DNA of 64,000 bases from contig CAWBEI010000002.1 of NCBI GenBank assembly GCA_963787835.1, forward strand, positions 1,632,001 through 1,696,000, in the 5' to 3' direction. The notes beneath the pieces are model-generated. The model ran no database searches. It was not told the DNA's origin and worked only from the letters and a program-made list of their open reading frames with translations. Shown piece after piece: positions 1-10,200 of this stretch. Origin of the DNA: Ignavibacteriota bacterium. GTDB taxonomy: Bacteria; Bacteroidota; Ignavibacteria; Palsa-1295. Position 1 is the stretch's first letter; every line of letters begins with the position of its first letter. The position numbers were made by a program, and so were the translations under genes.

Positions 1-1
1 T

Positions 2-757
2 TTCCCCGGATATCGAAGTGTTGCCCCTGATACGCTTACACACAGTAATGCATTGAGCCTCATTTCATACTTACGAAGTGGAGGCAAACTTTATGCTGAG
101 AGCGGCTCCTTCCTAAGCAATAATTCATCAACCGATTCTCTTTCAGCCGACACTTTGTGGCATTATTTGGGGGTGGAATTAGAACTGTATCAGCAGACTG
201 AGGTTTGGTTCGACAGTGTATATGGAGTTGATTCAGAATTTACTCGTGGGATCGAAGTTTCGTGGGTTCACTCGGATCCGCTTCAATTTGATTCGCCTGA
301 TGTGTATGAAGCTGGAGGTAGCGTAATTCCGGTTCTCTATGTGTATGAAGGCAATGATGGTATTAGCGATGCGATTGGTTGGATTCCTTCCGACACCTCC
401 ACTCATGCCGTGCTTTACCATCCAGCCGGGGAAGGTTACAATCTATTTTTCACTCGCGTCCTTTGCGATTACTTTGGCCTGTGCGTGGATGCGGTGAAGG
501 AGACACCTCCAGCAATACCAACAGTCACGCTGCGAGTTGTGAATGATGGCTTTAGTACCAGTTGTATTATATCTGTTGATGAGACTGGCACCCTCGATAT
601 AGCGAATGCGCTTGGCATTACGGTATTTCACGCTTCGGTCAATTCAGGCACGAGCCAAATTGAATTGCCGGAGACGCTTCGGAATGGCGTTTATTTCGTG
701 CGGCTGCAAACGGGGCATGGCGGACAAGTGCAGCCGTTTGCGTTCGTTGCGAAATGA
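2..757 (+). CDS. Secreted protein with T9SS type A C-terminal sorting domain, 5' truncated by the window edge
   Basis: Frame is open from position 2. The C-terminus 'LDIANALGITV...LRNGVYFVRLQT...FAFVAK' fits a T9SS CTD pattern. Confidence 0.7.
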   Translation, partial: FPGYRSVAPDTLTHSNALSLISYLRSGGKLYAESGSFLSNNSSTDSLSADTLWHYLGVELELYQQTEVWFDSVYGVDSEFTRGIEVSWVHSDPLQFDSPDVYEAGGSVIPVLYVYEGNDGISDAIGWIPSDTSTHAVLYHPAGEGYNLFFTRVLCDYFGLCVDAVKETPPAIPTVTLRVVNDGFSTSCIISVDETGTLDIANALGITVFHASVNSGTSQIELPETLRNGVYFVRLQTGHGGQVQPFAFVAK

Positions 758-787
758 TTCACCGCACTCCCTGCGTTTGAATCCTCG

Positions 788-1678
788 ATGAGATCTTTTT
801 CGATTCCGTTCGCAATTTTGCTGTTTGCCGCGATTGGCATGTCCGGCTGCAAGGACGTTGGTTTCCGCGAGATCGATGTTTCGGCAAAGAGCCGTGCTTC
901 GGTGCAGACGGCGCGGGATGTCATGGCGCAAATTCAGCAGGGGTTGCATTATTTCTACGAGTCGAAGCACCGTTATCCGGAAACGACGGAAGCGTATCTG
1001 TACGACTCCATTCGCAATTACATTCCCAATCAGATCGACCCGATCGACCTCTATCGCAACGATAACGGCAAGGGATATTTTATTGCGGTCGGTGCGCGTT
1101 CGGAGAAGATTGTTTATCGCTACCCTCCGACGATCGGGATTGGCGATTACACGCTCTACTGGGTTGGCCAGAACGGCGTAGATGAAGAAGGCGAGGGCGA
1201 TGACGTCGATGCGTGGCAGCCATCGGACACGGCCCGTCATTTCGAACGCCAGCGCCGTTTCGATCTGCAGAATGATGGCGTTGCCGATCAAATGCACCTC
1301 ATTCGTACCGGTCCGGATATCGATCGCGATTCGGTAGTATTCGAGATCACGCGGCATGATTCGCTGAAATATCGTGAGGAATGGCCGCTTTCCGAATATT
1401 TCAAAGACCGTCCTGAACTTAACAGCGATGAACGAAAACGACTCATCCGCTCGGAACTCGATCGCTTTTTCACCCCGGGCGCTTTTACACACACCGATTC
1501 CCTGACCTATCGTGCGTGGCCGCATTGGGGCGAAGTGCAGCCTGACTCGCCGGAGATGACGGAACTCGTTCGTTCGGGCGAAACCATGTTCAATTTCTAT
1601 GAAGGCGCTCGTGGCTCGAAGGGAATTGCATGGCTGCCTTCGGATAAGAAATTTGTAGTAGTATGGAATATTAAGTAA
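788..1678 (+). CDS. Lipoprotein with a GspG/pseudopilin-like middle segment and a C-terminal domain paralogous to 1705..2367
   Basis: Lipobox 'IGMSGC'. 'YTLYWVGQNGVDEEGEGDDV' resembles the T2SS GspG C-terminal motif. Confidence 0.7.
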   Translation: MRSFSIPFAILLFAAIGMSGCKDVGFREIDVSAKSRASVQTARDVMAQIQQGLHYFYESKHRYPETTEAYLYDSIRNYIPNQIDPIDLYRNDNGKGYFIAVGARSEKIVYRYPPTIGIGDYTLYWVGQNGVDEEGEGDDVDAWQPSDTARHFERQRRFDLQNDGVADQMHLIRTGPDIDRDSVVFEITRHDSLKYREEWPLSEYFKDRPELNSDERKRLIRSELDRFFTPGAFTHTDSLTYRAWPHWGEVQPDSPEMTELVRSGETMFNFYEGARGSKGIAWLPSDKKFVVVWNIK

Positions 1679-1774
1679 GAAGTAAGAGGTAATAAGTAAG
1701 AGGTATGAAGCATGAAAAATTTGGGATCGGTTGTATAATTTTCCTCTCTTACTTCTTACTTCTTACTTCTTACT
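1674..1774. repeat. Inverted heptamer arrays (AGTAAGA)n / (TCTTACT)4
   Basis: AGTAAGA-type units at 1674-1703. Four perfect TCTTACT units at 1747-1774. Confidence 0.85.
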
Positions 1775-2367
1775 TCTCACCCTCCATGCGTGCGCAGCAG
1801 AGATCTGCCACCGATTCGCTTCGCGCACCCGCTCACTATATTGATTCCCTCCTCAAGCTCGATTCCATAGACCGAGCATTACAGCTTGCAGAAGAACGCC
1901 GCTTTCAGCGAACAAAACAACTCGCGACGCAGCGTGTACTCGATCTTACCGGCGATAGCATTCCAGAAGTATTGCGTCTGGAAGGATATGTGAAAGGGAA
2001 GGTGGACGATACAAGGCTGACCTTCACCATTAAATCAAAGGGTAAGACGCTGTTCGAGGATTCCTGGCTTGCAGGCGGTTATTTCGATACCGCCGATCAT
2101 TTGCCGGACAGTATCAAACTAAAGCGATTGCGAACCATCGTGACCGTCTTTTTCGCGAATGAAAATTTTGAAGTGGTGGATTCGAATGAATTCGATACGA
2201 TCTTGAAGCAAGTTGCAGAAGCCGATGTGCATCCGCATTCTTTCGAAGCATCCGAGATCTTTCGTGAGCCTCGTGTGATGTATAGCGTGTATCATAGCCG
2301 CGATTATTGGTACGGCCTGGTTTGGGATCCGAAGAACAATAAGTTTGTGAAGGCATGGAGGAATTAA
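1705..2367 (+). CDS. Secreted hypothetical protein
   Basis: 220-aa ORF with a signal peptide ending 'MRA-QQ'. Paralogous to the C-terminal half of the upstream lipoprotein. Confidence 0.7.
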   Translation: MKHEKFGIGCIIFLSYFLLLTSYFSPSMRAQQRSATDSLRAPAHYIDSLLKLDSIDRALQLAEERRFQRTKQLATQRVLDLTGDSIPEVLRLEGYVKGKVDDTRLTFTIKSKGKTLFEDSWLAGGYFDTADHLPDSIKLKRLRTIVTVFFANENFEVVDSNEFDTILKQVAEADVHPHSFEASEIFREPRVMYSVYHSRDYWYGLVWDPKNNKFVKAWRN

Positions 2368-2369
2368 AT

Positions 2370-3086
2370 ATGAACGCTCGTAGGGACGTGCTGCGCACGT
2401 CCTCTTCGTCTGTCCCACGGCTGAAGGGGAAGGACGTGCACGGCACGTCCCTACGACTACGGCGTTTTCCTCGCACATTCTTTCGCCAAACCAGCACCCT
2501 TGTTGCGAAGGAAATTCTTGGCGCGTACTTGCATCGTGTATTGGATGGCGAAGAACTCATTGGTAAGATCGTCGAGACAGAAGCCTATTGCGTGGGTGAT
2601 GAGGCATGTCACGCCTTTCGTGGTACGACCCCGCGTAATGCGGTAATGTTCGGGGAGGGAGGGTTTTCCTATGTTTATTTCACCTATGGAATGCACCATT
2701 GCTTTAATATCACGGCGAACGAAGAAGGTGTTGCCGAGGCTGTTCTTGTTCGGGCCATCAAGCCGGTGAAAGGCATCGAAACGATGAGGGTATTGCGCTC
2801 CAAGGCAATTCGGGATCGGGATCTTACGAATGGACCGGGTAAGCTATGTCAGGCAATGTCGCTTTCACGAACGGAGAACGGAATCGACTTGGTCGAAAGT
2901 GACGAACTCTTTCTTACTCGTGGGGAGAGCCACACTCCGGCGAATCTTATAGGAGTTTCCACCCGTATAGGCATCAATGTCGCTCAGGATCGACTTTGGA
3001 GATATTATATAACAGGGAATGAATATGTTTCACGCACCAAGCCGTCTGTATCGGGTACCGTGGCTGGCCCTCGTCGTCGTAAGTAG
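2370..3086 (+). CDS. mpg: DNA-3-methyladenine glycosylase (AAG/Mpg family)
   Basis: Motifs 'GKIVETEAY', 'YVYFTYGMHHCFN', 'AVLVRA', 'LTNGPGKLCQA', 'RIGI'. GGAGG precedes ATG 2370. Confidence 0.93.
   Translation: MNARRDVLRTSSSSVPRLKGKDVHGTSLRLRRFPRTFFRQTSTLVAKEILGAYLHRVLDGEELIGKIVETEAYCVGDEACHAFRGTTPRNAVMFGEGGFSYVYFTYGMHHCFNITANEEGVAEAVLVRAIKPVKGIETMRVLRSKAIRDRDLTNGPGKLCQAMSLSRTENGIDLVESDELFLTRGESHTPANLIGVSTRIGINVAQDRLWRYYITGNEYVSRTKPSVSGTVAGPRRRK
2378..2456. repeat. REPIN-like doublet (two inverted GTAG-type REP hairpins)
   Basis: TCGTAGGGACGTGC...GCACGTCCCTACGA inverted arms. Each REP has its own GGACGTGC/GCACGTCC hairpin. Confidence 0.8.
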
Positions 3087-4197
3087 CTTGTGTATCACAT
3101 CATGCGGAAAGGGACAGAACGTGCCGAACGCATCGCCGACGATGCTGGATAAATTCCCGCCCGAGCGGGCTGCGCTTGCGAAAGAGATCGAAGATGTCGG
3201 CGGTCAGCACATTCACATGCCGCCGCTTCCGCAGGCGTATTCAGCGGATCGGTATCTCGGCGTTACTCCCGAATTTCTTCGTGATTCGCTGAAGGGAAAA
3301 GTTGTTCTTATCGACATTTGGGATTACACCTGTATCAACTGTATTCAAACGCTTCCTTATATCAAAGCATGGAACGACCGCTATAAGGACAAAGGCCTGG
3401 TGATCATCGGCGTTCATTCTCCGGAATTTGATTTTGAGAAAGATCCCAAGAACCTGGATAGTGCCGTGAAAGAATTCGGGCTCGATTATCCGGTCATTGC
3501 CGACAATGATTATGAGATATGGAACTCTCTTTCGAACCAGTACTGGCCGGCGAAATATTTGTTCGACAAAAATGGGATTCTTCGCGCCGAGCACTTTGGC
3601 GAAGGGGATTATGAATCGTTCGAGGCATTCCTGCAACAGATCCTCCTGGAACGCGATAGCTCGATCGATCTGCCCCTGCCGCTTGCACCCGTCCGGGAAA
3701 CCGATAAGCCGGGATCGGTCTGTTACCGCGCCACGCCGGAAACCTACGTAGGCTTTGCCCGAAATCATCTTGGCAATAGTATGAATGATACGGACATGAT
3801 TTCGCATGAGTATCATCTTCCACACATGATGAATAAGGATCTACTGTATCTCGATGGGAAATGGACTGTCAACAGAGAATATGCTCAGCCCAGCGGGAAA
3901 TCGGATGCAAGCCTTGTTTTCGATTATCAGGCAAAAGAAGCGAACCTTGTCATTCATCCGTTGGCGGAAAGTGGGTTCAAGGTGATGGTCACACAGGATG
4001 GTAAGCCGGTTCCGAAAGCGGACCGAGGCGCGGACATTCAAGAAGCGGACGGGAAGACATTCATTAAGGTACAAAATGCACGGATGTACCGTATCACGAA
4101 TAATCAGGGCTTCGGACGGCACACACTAAAGTTGACGGCCACGACACCAAGCTTCGGCGCATACGCCTTTACATTTACGACGGCCTGCAAGCATTGA
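3019..4197 (+). CDS. DipZ-like thioredoxin/redoxin lipoprotein
   Basis: Lipobox 'CITSC'; 'IWDYTCINC'; 'GVHSPEFDFEK'; 'NQYWPAKYL'; 'TPETYVG'; C-terminal 'AYAFTF'. Confidence 0.85.
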   Translation: MNMFHAPSRLYRVPWLALVVVSSLCITSCGKGQNVPNASPTMLDKFPPERAALAKEIEDVGGQHIHMPPLPQAYSADRYLGVTPEFLRDSLKGKVVLIDIWDYTCINCIQTLPYIKAWNDRYKDKGLVIIGVHSPEFDFEKDPKNLDSAVKEFGLDYPVIADNDYEIWNSLSNQYWPAKYLFDKNGILRAEHFGEGDYESFEAFLQQILLERDSSIDLPLPLAPVRETDKPGSVCYRATPETYVGFARNHLGNSMNDTDMISHEYHLPHMMNKDLLYLDGKWTVNREYAQPSGKSDASLVFDYQAKEANLVIHPLAESGFKVMVTQDGKPVPKADRGADIQEADGKTFIKVQNARMYRITNNQGFGRHTLKLTATTPSFGAYAFTFTTACKH

Positions 4198-4482
4198 TCG
4201 CATTCGGCGATTTCCCCGAAACGCTTTTACTGTCCTATTGTTATACACCGCAAGGTTTCGGAAAGTCCGAAACCCTGAATGCTGCATTCAGCGCCCCACG
4301 CATCGTCGACGATGCCATCGCCCCCGATGCACATTGGTAACGATGCCGGACGCTTCGTCGCCGATGTCCTCCCATCAAACACGATGTTCACATGGTATTT
4401 GATGGATGCATCGCCCCTTGGTCGCTGAGTGTTGTTCTTCATAGATGTACCACGCATCGCCCATGATGCTTGATCGCAATCG

Positions 4483-6402
4483 ATGCCACAACTGACGCTT
4501 CTGAAACGCATCCCCCGATGGGTGGCACGCATCGCCTACGATGCGTTTTGGCCTGACTTCGACCCCATTCAGATTTTCTCCAAATCCTTTATCCGGGCGC
4601 TGGTGTTCCTCGCGATCGCCTGTACGCTCGCGCAGCCGATCTATGCCCAATCCGGCGCAGCAGATACGAGCGCCAATAAGGTGCTGAATGCCGCAAAGGA
4701 TGATATTCGTCTCGAAAATCTCACCGATCTTAATTCGACGGGCGACGATGCGACCATGTTCGTTTCCCCTGCCGATGGCTCCATCTATTTTACAAGTTCA
4801 CGATCGGGCAAGCAAATTCTTTATGTTGCAAAGCGCGTCCCTGGTGCTGACCCTAAAGATCGCTCGACTCATTGGGGTACACCGGAGGTTTTCACCGAGC
4901 TTCCGGGTATGCAGAACATCAGCTCGCTTTCCATTGCGGGGGATGGTGTTACTGCCGTGGTCGGAATGTGTAACCGCCCGGATGCGATCTTGCAGTCCTG
5001 TGATATTTATCAAGGGCAGATTATAGGTGGCAAGCTGGATAATCTTACTCCATTAGGCGCACCTATTAATTCTGAATGGTGGGATGCCCAGCCCTGCATC
5101 AGTCAGGATGGTCAATTGCTGTTCTTTGCGAGTGATCGTAAAGGCGGTCATGGCGGTGTCGATATCTATATGTGCTCCAAATCTGTCGATGGCAAATGGG
5201 GTCCGCCGGTTAATCTGAGCTTTAATACGGGTGGTAACGAGCTTTCGCCTTTTATTGCGAGCGACAATCAAACGCTGTATTTCGCCGCAGACCATCTTCC
5301 GGGCGGTATGGGCGGATACGATATTTATGTCACGCACCGCCAGGGTGAAAACGAATGGACGGAGCCCAAAAATCTCGGGCCGGCAGTGAACTCGAAGAAT
5401 AACGATCTTTTCTTTTATGTGCCGCAGAATGAGAATGCCGTCTATTTTTCAAGTGACCGTCCTGGGGGGTTAGGCGGATACGATCTGTATCGCCTGTACG
5501 TTCAACCCGCTCCTCCGAAGCCAAAATATGTGACGCTTACCGGCCGCATCCTCGATGCCGAAACGAATCAGCCCATCACATCCAAGCCAGAAATTTCGAT
5601 CTCCTTCTCGGATAGTAAGCAACCCCTTGCAAACGATGCAACGGGAGCAGCGTACAGCGTGAAAGTTCTGGCCGGAAGCCTTGTGCATGTCAGCGCTGGT
5701 GCAGAAAACTATGTTTCCAATGCCCTCGAGATCCAGGCGCCACCGACGGATGTGCCGCCGCTCCTCTCTCAGGATATTATGCTTACTCCCTCTCATGCGA
5801 GGGTATATGGACATGTGACGAATTCTTATAAGAACACACCGCTTCAAGCGACCGTAACGCTGGAACAATTAGCCGGTGGTGTACCGCCGGTTTCTGTCGA
5901 GACCGATCCGGCCACCGGAGCTTTTTCTTTCAATGTCAATCCGCTCATTTCTTACCGGATCAGCACGACAGTAAAGGATTTCGAACCGTTCGAAGACAAG
6001 ATCGATGTTCCGAGCGCTCGTGAAAAACTTATTTCCATTCAAAAGGAGATCCGGCTCACCCCTGTGGCAACACAAAACGTTGTAATCTATTTCGATGTCG
6101 ATCATTCCGACATTAAGCCGGAAGAATTAGCGAAATTTCCTGAATTTATCCGACAGGTGAAGGAAAACCCAAGCGTTCGATTCGAGATCAATGGCCATAC
6201 GGATTCAACCGGCTCCGTCGCGTATAATCAGGCTCTATCGGAGCGACGTGCGAAATCGGTGGAAGACTATTTGCTCAATCAGCAAGTGCCGCGGGAGCAG
6301 ATCGCTGTGGTGCAGGGATTTGGTAAGTCGCACCAGCTCGACCCGAACGATTTAGCGAAGAACCGACGCGTCGAAGTACGAATTGTGGGAAGGAAGGACT
6401 AA
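4483..6402 (+). CDS. OmpA-family protein with PD40 beta-propeller repeats and carboxypeptidase-regulatory-like domains (PorE-like, no TPR seen)
   Basis: Repeated 'LFFASDRKGGHGGVDIY'-type PD40 motifs. C-terminal 'GHTDSTGS..YNQALSERRA...NRRVE'. Start uncertain. Confidence 0.88.
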   Translation: MPQLTLLKRIPRWVARIAYDAFWPDFDPIQIFSKSFIRALVFLAIACTLAQPIYAQSGAADTSANKVLNAAKDDIRLENLTDLNSTGDDATMFVSPADGSIYFTSSRSGKQILYVAKRVPGADPKDRSTHWGTPEVFTELPGMQNISSLSIAGDGVTAVVGMCNRPDAILQSCDIYQGQIIGGKLDNLTPLGAPINSEWWDAQPCISQDGQLLFFASDRKGGHGGVDIYMCSKSVDGKWGPPVNLSFNTGGNELSPFIASDNQTLYFAADHLPGGMGGYDIYVTHRQGENEWTEPKNLGPAVNSKNNDLFFYVPQNENAVYFSSDRPGGLGGYDLYRLYVQPAPPKPKYVTLTGRILDAETNQPITSKPEISISFSDSKQPLANDATGAAYSVKVLAGSLVHVSAGAENYVSNALEIQAPPTDVPPLLSQDIMLTPSHARVYGHVTNSYKNTPLQATVTLEQLAGGVPPVSVETDPATGAFSFNVNPLISYRISTTVKDFEPFEDKIDVPSAREKLISIQKEIRLTPVATQNVVIYFDVDHSDIKPEELAKFPEFIRQVKENPSVRFEINGHTDSTGSVAYNQALSERRAKSVEDYLLNQQVPREQIAVVQGFGKSHQLDPNDLAKNRRVEVRIVGRKD

Positions 6403-6407
6403 CACCC

Positions 6408-7295
6408 ATGACCGAACTACACGCCATTAAAAGTTACGAAGATATGAAGATGGATCGTCGGCGAGGATTTGAAATTATAAAGCGGTTTTCCGCCCTCGCA
6501 CTCGTGTGGGGTTTCGCAATGCTGTGTTTGCCTATGGGAACCGCTCATGCTCAGCTCCTGAGCCGAGGCGATCTGTTCGGACCCGGAGCGCCGCCGCCGC
6601 TTGCCGGTATCGAGATCGGCTTTGGCCAACATTCTGAAATGGGAGCGCTCGACTGCGACTGCGGTTCCCAATTTACCGGTGGTACCGGCACGGGATTGCT
6701 TGGGTCACTCTTCTTCGAACTACCGCTTGACTATCAATGGGCAATCGGGATCAAAGCCGGGATCGACTTCAAGAATTTTTCCACTACAACCCCCTTGAAC
6801 GATGTGGTTGCTGTTCAAGTCCCAAACGTCAGCACACCGGACACCGCTGTGCTGCCGGTGACCCGAACGGCGAATGTCAAAACAACCTATCTTGACTTTG
6901 CGCCATACGTTCAGTATCAATTTTTTAGAATGGGCCCATTCGTGCAAATGGGACTTGGGTTCGGATTTCTGGCATCGAACAGCCTTACGCAGAATCGGGA
7001 ACTTGCGGAGGGTGCTTCGATCCCTGCGCAGAACGGCCATGCCGCCATTACGAACCTGACCTTTACGAATGGAACTCTTACGGAAGTAATTCAAGGTGGC
7101 GCCACAACGGTGAATTCGCTCCGGCTGGGGATTTTACTTTCAGCCGGATATAACATTCAGGTTTCCGAGCGTTCTATATTCGCGCCATTGATCACGTACG
7201 ATTTTCCGCTCACGGTGGCTGGTAATACCGGTGGCGCAAACTGGAGGATCGGCTCTTTGTATGCTTCGGCTCTTCTTAAATTTCAACTGAATTAA
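6408..7295 (+). CDS. Outer-membrane beta-barrel-like protein
   Basis: Signal peptide ending 'AHA-Q'. Alternating amphipathic strands. Ends 'SALLKFQLN'. Confidence 0.65.
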   Translation: MTELHAIKSYEDMKMDRRRGFEIIKRFSALALVWGFAMLCLPMGTAHAQLLSRGDLFGPGAPPPLAGIEIGFGQHSEMGALDCDCGSQFTGGTGTGLLGSLFFELPLDYQWAIGIKAGIDFKNFSTTTPLNDVVAVQVPNVSTPDTAVLPVTRTANVKTTYLDFAPYVQYQFFRMGPFVQMGLGFGFLASNSLTQNRELAEGASIPAQNGHAAITNLTFTNGTLTEVIQGGATTVNSLRLGILLSAGYNIQVSERSIFAPLITYDFPLTVAGNTGGANWRIGSLYASALLKFQLN

Positions 7296-10200
7296 TGGCA
7301 TTCTCTCAACGAATGAGCACTCTCGGTCGCTGGTTGCGAGCGCCATGGGCGTGGCTTGCCCTGCTCCTGCTTTTGTGCTCTGTTCCTTTGAAAGCGCAGT
7401 CCTCGCTGACAACAAGTAATGCGTTCGTCATGGCGGACGTGTCAACTGATGGTGAGGGTTTGGTTCGGTATTTTTATGCGAATGGCCAGGGTATCAGCTT
7501 TCTCGCTGCGCGGACATCCTATCTCACCGTGCTCGTGGATACGACCTACTATACCAATAACCCGAACCTTGTTGCCACTGCCTCTCCGAAGTATCCGGTC
7601 ATGCTGCAGGGCGGCAGCACGAAGAAGATCCAGGATACGATCGAGACCGTTTGGCAGCCTAACGGAGCGACCGGTTTTGATATTGTTCAGGATATTTATC
7701 CGGTCGCGTTTCCTATTATGCAATGTGGTCAGATCGTGTTCAAGTTCAAAATTCGCAATCACGAGAGCTCAACGATCTTTGCGCAAGCGCAATATATGAT
7801 CGAACGTATGCCTCACGGAAAATGTAAATACCTCCAATGATAACGCGCCTATCACCACGCGTTATGGCTATCTCTCAACCGCCTGGACTTCCTTCCCGGG
7901 TCCCGCGGGCTCTATTCCTCCGTACTACATTGGATCGTTAGCGACCTTGACCAGCGGAAGTTTCCCAACGCTTCTTTCGATGGGTTTCAATAACGACTCA
8001 CTCGCACCCGAGCCGATGGGACTGATGCAGCCCACTCTTTTTTCGTTCGTTGATTGGAGGGAAGTTGTTACCGATTGGACGTGGAGCGGGCCAGCAGTGG
8101 GAATCCAATACCCTATGATTGGAGACGAGGCGTTGATCCTTCAATGGGGCGCGAGCAACGTGGATGCTAATGATACTGTAGAACTTGGCTGCGATAGCTA
8201 TGGCATGCCTGGTTGTACACCGATCTGCCTTAGTAATTCTGTTGATGCAATGATCATCCACCCGGATCACATCATTTGGGATCCGAATACCGGCCCATCC
8301 GGCTCGTATATCCCAAATCACTTCCCCGTTGAAGGGGTTGTTTGGAATCAATTGGCTCAGACCGCAAACAATGTTACCGGTTTGCAATCGATCACGAATG
8401 ATGCCACGGGCGCAGCCGATGGCCCTGTCAAGATCGTTTCTCCGTTGCCCGTCACCAATAATGGATATTCTCAATCCCATGTGATGGCGGCCACGCTTAA
8501 TGGTGGGTTCTCAACTTCTGTTTCGTGGGAGGATACCGTACTCGCGGGTATTCTTACCAACTGCTCTACCGACTCTCTCTATGATCTTGCGCTTGGCATT
8601 ACGGCAGGCGGCGTTGGCGGAACGAATTGCCTGAACGGAACTTATTATTGTCCGATCGAGGTGGATTGCCAGTCGAAGGATGTTAATCCGCCACGACATT
8701 CCCCCCATGTGGTGGTGGGAAATCTGAACTCCTGCAATAATCCAAAGGAGTACAGCGATTCGGTTTTCGATAACCGTTCTACCGATCTGGGCTTGCAAAG
8801 CATTACCTGGACCGTTACTCCGAATGCGAATGCTGTTAAAGTAGTGGTCGGTGCTATCACGCCTTGCACCAATGCGGAAGTTCCTATTACTGTTACCCAG
8901 CTCGACACCCTTCACGCTCCATGTGTGAATTTTACTTTTACGGACTGTGCCGGCAATGTGAGCACCGATCAGATATGCTTTGAAGCATGTCTGCCTCCGG
9001 GCCCTCTCGATACGCTTTCGCCTCGTATTAGGCTCTTGAATCGCTACGATCAGAATATTAACATTCCCTCGGATTCTGCAAATGATGTCTGTGAATATCA
9101 ATGCAGCCAATGGGTTGTTACGGATTCTGTCATCAATGGGCGCCAGCAGGATGAAGGTCTTAAGTCGATCAGTGTTGTATCGGAGACGAATATGTCGTTC
9201 AATCTTCCGAATCCGGTTACGCCTGGAGTGAAGGAAGATACGTTCAGTGTCTGTGTGATGGATTCTTTGTTTGATGGCTCGATCATTATTGGCGCGAGCG
9301 ATATCACTGGGATCAATGCGGAAACGTTCGATACGATTACGTATTGCACGGTGGTTGATACCACACCTCCTGCAGTGGTTGTTTCTACCCCGCTCGCGAA
9401 CGATTGGTTAGTCACCGTTAGCGAAACGCACCCCTGGGATCGCGGCATCGACTCGGTCTTGTTGACCTTTGTCAGTAACTGCGCACCTCAACCAAATCCG
9501 GGCGTGATAAAGCTCTTCCAACTCAATCCGACGACATGGCTTATCCTTCCCGCCGATACGTGTGCGGATACGATCAACTTCAATGTTGAGATCACCGATA
9601 CCTTCCAAAGCGCTTCCTTCTCGATCGAATCCTGGGATTGCGTTGGGAATCATACCATTCCCCATAATATCAATATTACCAAGAAGAGCGATACCTACTG
9701 CCCAACCGATTCGATCATTCACATTGGTTCTGATGAAATAGAAGTCATCTTTTCGGACGTCCATCCAGGCATTACGTACGACGAGGGACTCGACTCGATC
9801 TGGTTCTACAATGTTCACAATATTACCATGTTGTATAAGGGAATTCAGACTGCACCCCATTCCATTCATGAGCCGCTGACCGGTATGACTACTCCGAAAT
9901 TCCCCCTGCGGGACACGGTGTACTTCTTCGTAACGGACACCACCATCCATGACACCCAGCCTGCAGAAGTATGTTGGGACGCCGTCGATGGATCGACGGT
10001 CAATAGTGGAGGAACCGGAAACCCACTCTGCGCAAATCCGGTATGTTGGAGTTATACACTGGTACAGGATACCACCCCTCCCATCGTCAAGGTTGGCTAT
10101 GAGCCATGCGATTCTCTCACCATCAACGTTACCGATACCCGCACCAATGACCGCGGTATCTATCGTGTATGGGATACGCTGACCGAAAATATCCAGCCCT

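Noticed and set aside
644-1525. 293-aa antisense ORF
   Set aside because: Opposite a lipoprotein gene with a clear lipobox and paralogy; no motifs of its own.
4300-4544. Possible CRISPR array
   Set aside because: Units are only 16 bp, degenerate and irregularly spaced. There are no constant-length spacers and no cas genes in the window.
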